64,000 nt of DNA from Calcarisporiella thermophila CBS 279.70 (Eukaryota > Fungi > Calcarisporiellomycota), in NCBI RefSeq assembly GCF_041956535.1, contig NW_027192208.1, positions 617,760 to 681,759 of the forward strand, given 5' to 3'. This document shows, piece by piece, positions 60,554-64,000 of this stretch; the first letter of the stretch is position 1; each line of letters opens with the position of its first letter. Under the pieces are notes generated by a model. That model worked only from the letters and a program-made list of their open reading frames with translations, ran no database searches and had not been told where the DNA came from. The translations under genes were made by a program, and so were the position numbers.

Positions 60554-61247
60554 TTATACTCCCTCATGGCTATCTTATTGATGTTGAATGATACTTTGTT
60601 GTCTTATCTATCTCATCATTGAACACCAGTGAGAATTATTCTCCTTTGATCACAATTCTATTTAAACCCTTCGGTTTATTTTAATGTTCAACACCAATTC
60701 CCTGAATAATTAAGACCAATCTCTTATTTTTATTATTAAGATCCGGATACCCCTCCACACAAACCTCCTTTCGCCCGTAACAGTTTTGTCACAGAAATGT
60801 TGATATTTCATACAGACTGCGCCACGAGTAAAAATCTTCTTTTCTTCTTTAGTTTTATGGTAGCCATAACCAAACAATTTGACCACGAACTACAGCGAGG
60901 AATAAAGTCCAAGTGGTGGACGGCAATGAAACAGGAACGGAAAAGAGACTTCATCGATAAATGGTCAAGGGGAAACTGGGTGAACATCATAGATGATTCT
61001 GTGATTTTCATCCAGGACACCTCTGAAGATCAAATCCCAGCCCCAACTCCGGCTTGAGAACTGCACCCAACCCTCCACTGCTGTATATTAATACCATCTC
61101 CTCTATCATTCTTTTCCCTACCTTTCCTTTTTCCTTTTTTTTCCCTTTTTTCTCCCTCCTCTTCCTTTACTTTTTCAATCCTTCACTTCTTTTCGTTAAT
61201 TCATGTACATAAGCAGCTTATCTTAATACCATTGCACACAATTTTTT

Positions 61248-61832
61248 GTCCCCCCCTCTTACAGTTATTCCTATCCCCTTCTTAATTAAGCTAATTGCTG
61301 TTTCCATACTTTCCTAGCTCTCTCCTCATCACCTTTTCTCTCTTACTCTTACACTTAANNNNNNNNNNNNNNNNNNNNNNNNNNNNNNNNNNNNNNNNNN
61401 NNNNNNNNNNNNNNNNNNNNNNNNNNNNNNNNNNNNNNNNNNNNNNNNNNNNNNNNNNNNNNNNNNNNNNNNNNNNNNNNNNNNNNNNNNNNNNNNNNNN
61501 NNNNNNNNNNNNNNNNNNNNNNNNNNNNNNNNNNNNNNNNNNNNNNNNNNNNNNNNNNNNNNNNNNNNNNNNNNNNNNNNNNNNNNNNNNNNNNNNNNNN
61601 NNNNNNNNNNNNNNNNNNNNNNNNNNNNNNNNNNNNNNNNNNNNNNNNNNNNNNNNNNNNNNNNNNNNNNNNNNNNNNNNNNNNNNNNNNNNNNNNNNNN
61701 NNNNNNNNNNNNNNNNNNNNNGTCCCCCCCTCTTACAGTTATTCCTATCCCCTTCTTAATTAAGCTAATTGCTGTTTCCATACTTTCCTAGCTCTCTCCT
61801 CATCACCTTTTCTCTCTTACTCTTACACTTAA
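61248..61832. other. Scaffold N-gap flanked by an exact 111-bp duplication
   Basis: 61248-61358 is identical to 61722-61832. Ns span 61359-61721. Confidence 0.95.
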
Positions 61833-64000
61833 ATCCTTTTCTTCCTTTCTTTCTTTTTCCTTCTATCCTTCAAATTCTGCAAGGTAGGCCAGGAGCATTA
61901 CCTGGGTGATTTTGACGTAGAAGCTACCCTACCTTTTTAACAGGATAGGACACTTTTCAATAAAGGACCTTTGTTAAAAAAAAAACTTCTTTAGTTTTAT
62001 GCACAATAAATTTTATGTTACTTTAATAATCTTTCAGCAAATTACTAGCGCTTTGATAATTTTATTCAAGGTCGTTCTGTTTTGTTAAATTAGTTTGTTT
62101 AACCAGTTTGCTTATTCAATTCGTTTAACCAGTTTATTTAATCGGTTCGTTCTATTTAGTTTAGTTTTATTATATAAGGAGAGATTCAAGCGTGAGTGAA
62201 CGGGGAGGCGGATTAGTTTTTTTTTTTAATATTGAGTAATAGTCTTGAAATTTATTGTCTTATTTTCTTTTTTATAAGAATATCTTTTCTTTTGTTTCTT
62301 TACGTACAAATCTTTACTGTTTACTCCAAAATCCACGTAACAGTTTTGCAGGATGAATCAGAGTAAATAATATGCATAAAATGATAATTATTCTGGAAGA
62401 AAATTTTTTAAATGTTGTAATAGTCCTATGCTAGTCTGAAGACATAATTTTAACCCTATAGCTCCATTATTAAGCTTTAATGGTTTGCATAAAGATCTAG
62501 CGCTATTTATATCATGGTTAATCCACCAAAAAATGGAACCATGATTTTCCTGTATTTACACATAGTTGGGCAAGAGTACTATCCGGATCTCTTTGAGGTG
62601 TATGTTCTACTCTATTTTTATGTACAGTGGGCATAAAAGGTTTTCTCGTTCTGAGAATAATGAAGAAAAATATTTTTGGATTTTTGAGCAGAATAACGTG
62701 ATAAATGAGGGTGGAAGGATCTCTATTACCCGTCGTGGCTCTCTGGTTATAATATCGAATCAAACTTAAAGAATTTTCATAAAAAACACTTTGGGCTCAA
62801 CCGCAGCTGCAAAGTTGCTAGAGCGTCGATCCTAATAACCAAAAGGGATCAGATTGTAACAAACGTAAAGTGTCAGGTTGCACGTTGATATGAATGTTGT
62901 TTTGAAGGTGAGTGCTGATATACAGCGCCAATCTATGGCACATGTGTGGATTTCTAAATTAGCATAGGGCTATCACACTCTGTGAATGATTAGATGTTGC
63001 AAATTTGAGCTAGAAATAAAATAGTCTCTTATAGCCTATTCCAAATCTTAAAAAAATTGAAAATTTCTCAGTGACAATTATTTTTCAATAAAAATCATTT
63101 TCACGACCTCAAACTCCAATTTTTTTTAATGAAATATAAAAAGGGAAGTGCATAACATTTTATTGAAAGATCGTTGGATAATGTTAAAGCCAAATTAACG
63201 CCAGGCGTATTTGACATTTCTAGTAAAAAGCTCATCTGCCATCAAAAAAGTCATCCTATTACTACTCTCCATAGTCGATGTATACTAGCAGCTATTGGAT
63301 TGGTCTCTGTCAATGGTGTCATATATACTCCTTTTCGCCCCTGTGCACGTCGATATTTTTACATTTTCGTATAATATCGCCGGCTCTTTAATTTCATAAT
63401 TTCTCAAGTTGATTTCGTAATCTTGCATTGTACCAACTTACTTTTATGATTAACTTAGTTTGTATAATCTATCTCTTCCAACTATATTAAGATTACCGAT
63501 TCAATGCATCTGAAACAGCCTCTAAAATAGAAGAGAGAAGAACTCCAAGGAGGAATTGTAGAAGATCGTTGTTATTGTATAGACGAGCAAGTGGCATGAC
63601 AAAATCGATTTACATGGAGTAATTCTTGTGAATTACCACACCACGCCCCAATTAATATAACTTCGTTTACGTAATAATCAACACGTCTAAACCCTACCTC
63701 TCAAGGGATGCCCAGAGTTTATTTCTCTTGCGTAATTGAGAACAAAATTCTAGTATTTAGGTAGATTGACACGAAGAGGCTATAGTGAATTTTAATTGGG
63801 CGCTGATCTGGCGATCTTAATAAATAAATCTCTTCCACAGCGGATCTTCACCTTTAATTTTAAGGCTAGGAGTTAGAGTTTGAATTGGTGTTAGAGCTCA
63901 CAAAATTAAGTTTACCTTTCACAGTTCTGAATTACTTTATGTTTTGAAAAAAAAGTATTTTTTTGAAAAAATCCATAACGACATCATCTCTTGAACTTTC

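Noticed and set aside
61248-61832. 111-bp direct repeats as LTRs or a CRISPR-like array
   Set aside because: The copies abut the N-gap exactly and lack TG...CA ends or spacers. An assembly artefact is more likely.

Overview
This is eukaryotic, intron-rich, gene-dense DNA from a fungus, most likely an early-diverging (Mucoromycota/Zoopagomycota-like) lineage. The evidence is short GT-AG introns, fungal regulators (velvet, Zn2Cys6, hybrid histidine kinase) and retention of ARMC7, CSN7 and PET127. I can support about 27 protein-coding genes, several missed or fragmented by the ORF track (UPS2-like, ARMC7, RPL36, AceTr transporter, bL9m), plus one tRNA-Leu(CAG). The left ~35 kb is AT-richer, compact housekeeping DNA with five head-to-head gene pairs. 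About 39-60 kb is markedly GC-rich, with long exons, poly(C) tracts and a sixth pair. The last ~4 kb is AT-rich and gene-free, with an N-gap flanked by an exact 111-bp duplication. There is no CRISPR array, rRNA or intact mobile element. Best leads: (1) a Ups2/PRELID3 lipid-transfer protein ending in the peroxisomal signal SKL; (2) Pet127 fused to two SAP-like modules; (3) recurrent intronic stems in over-long introns, plus three tandem hairpins over the velvet 5' splice site and branch point; (4) an ARMC7 orthologue implying a minor spliceosome; (5) an acetate-channel family protein lacking the NPAPLGL signature; (6) an orphan gene with a retroelement-Gag-like zinc finger. Gene models were spliced by eye and identities come from recalled motifs, not database searches.
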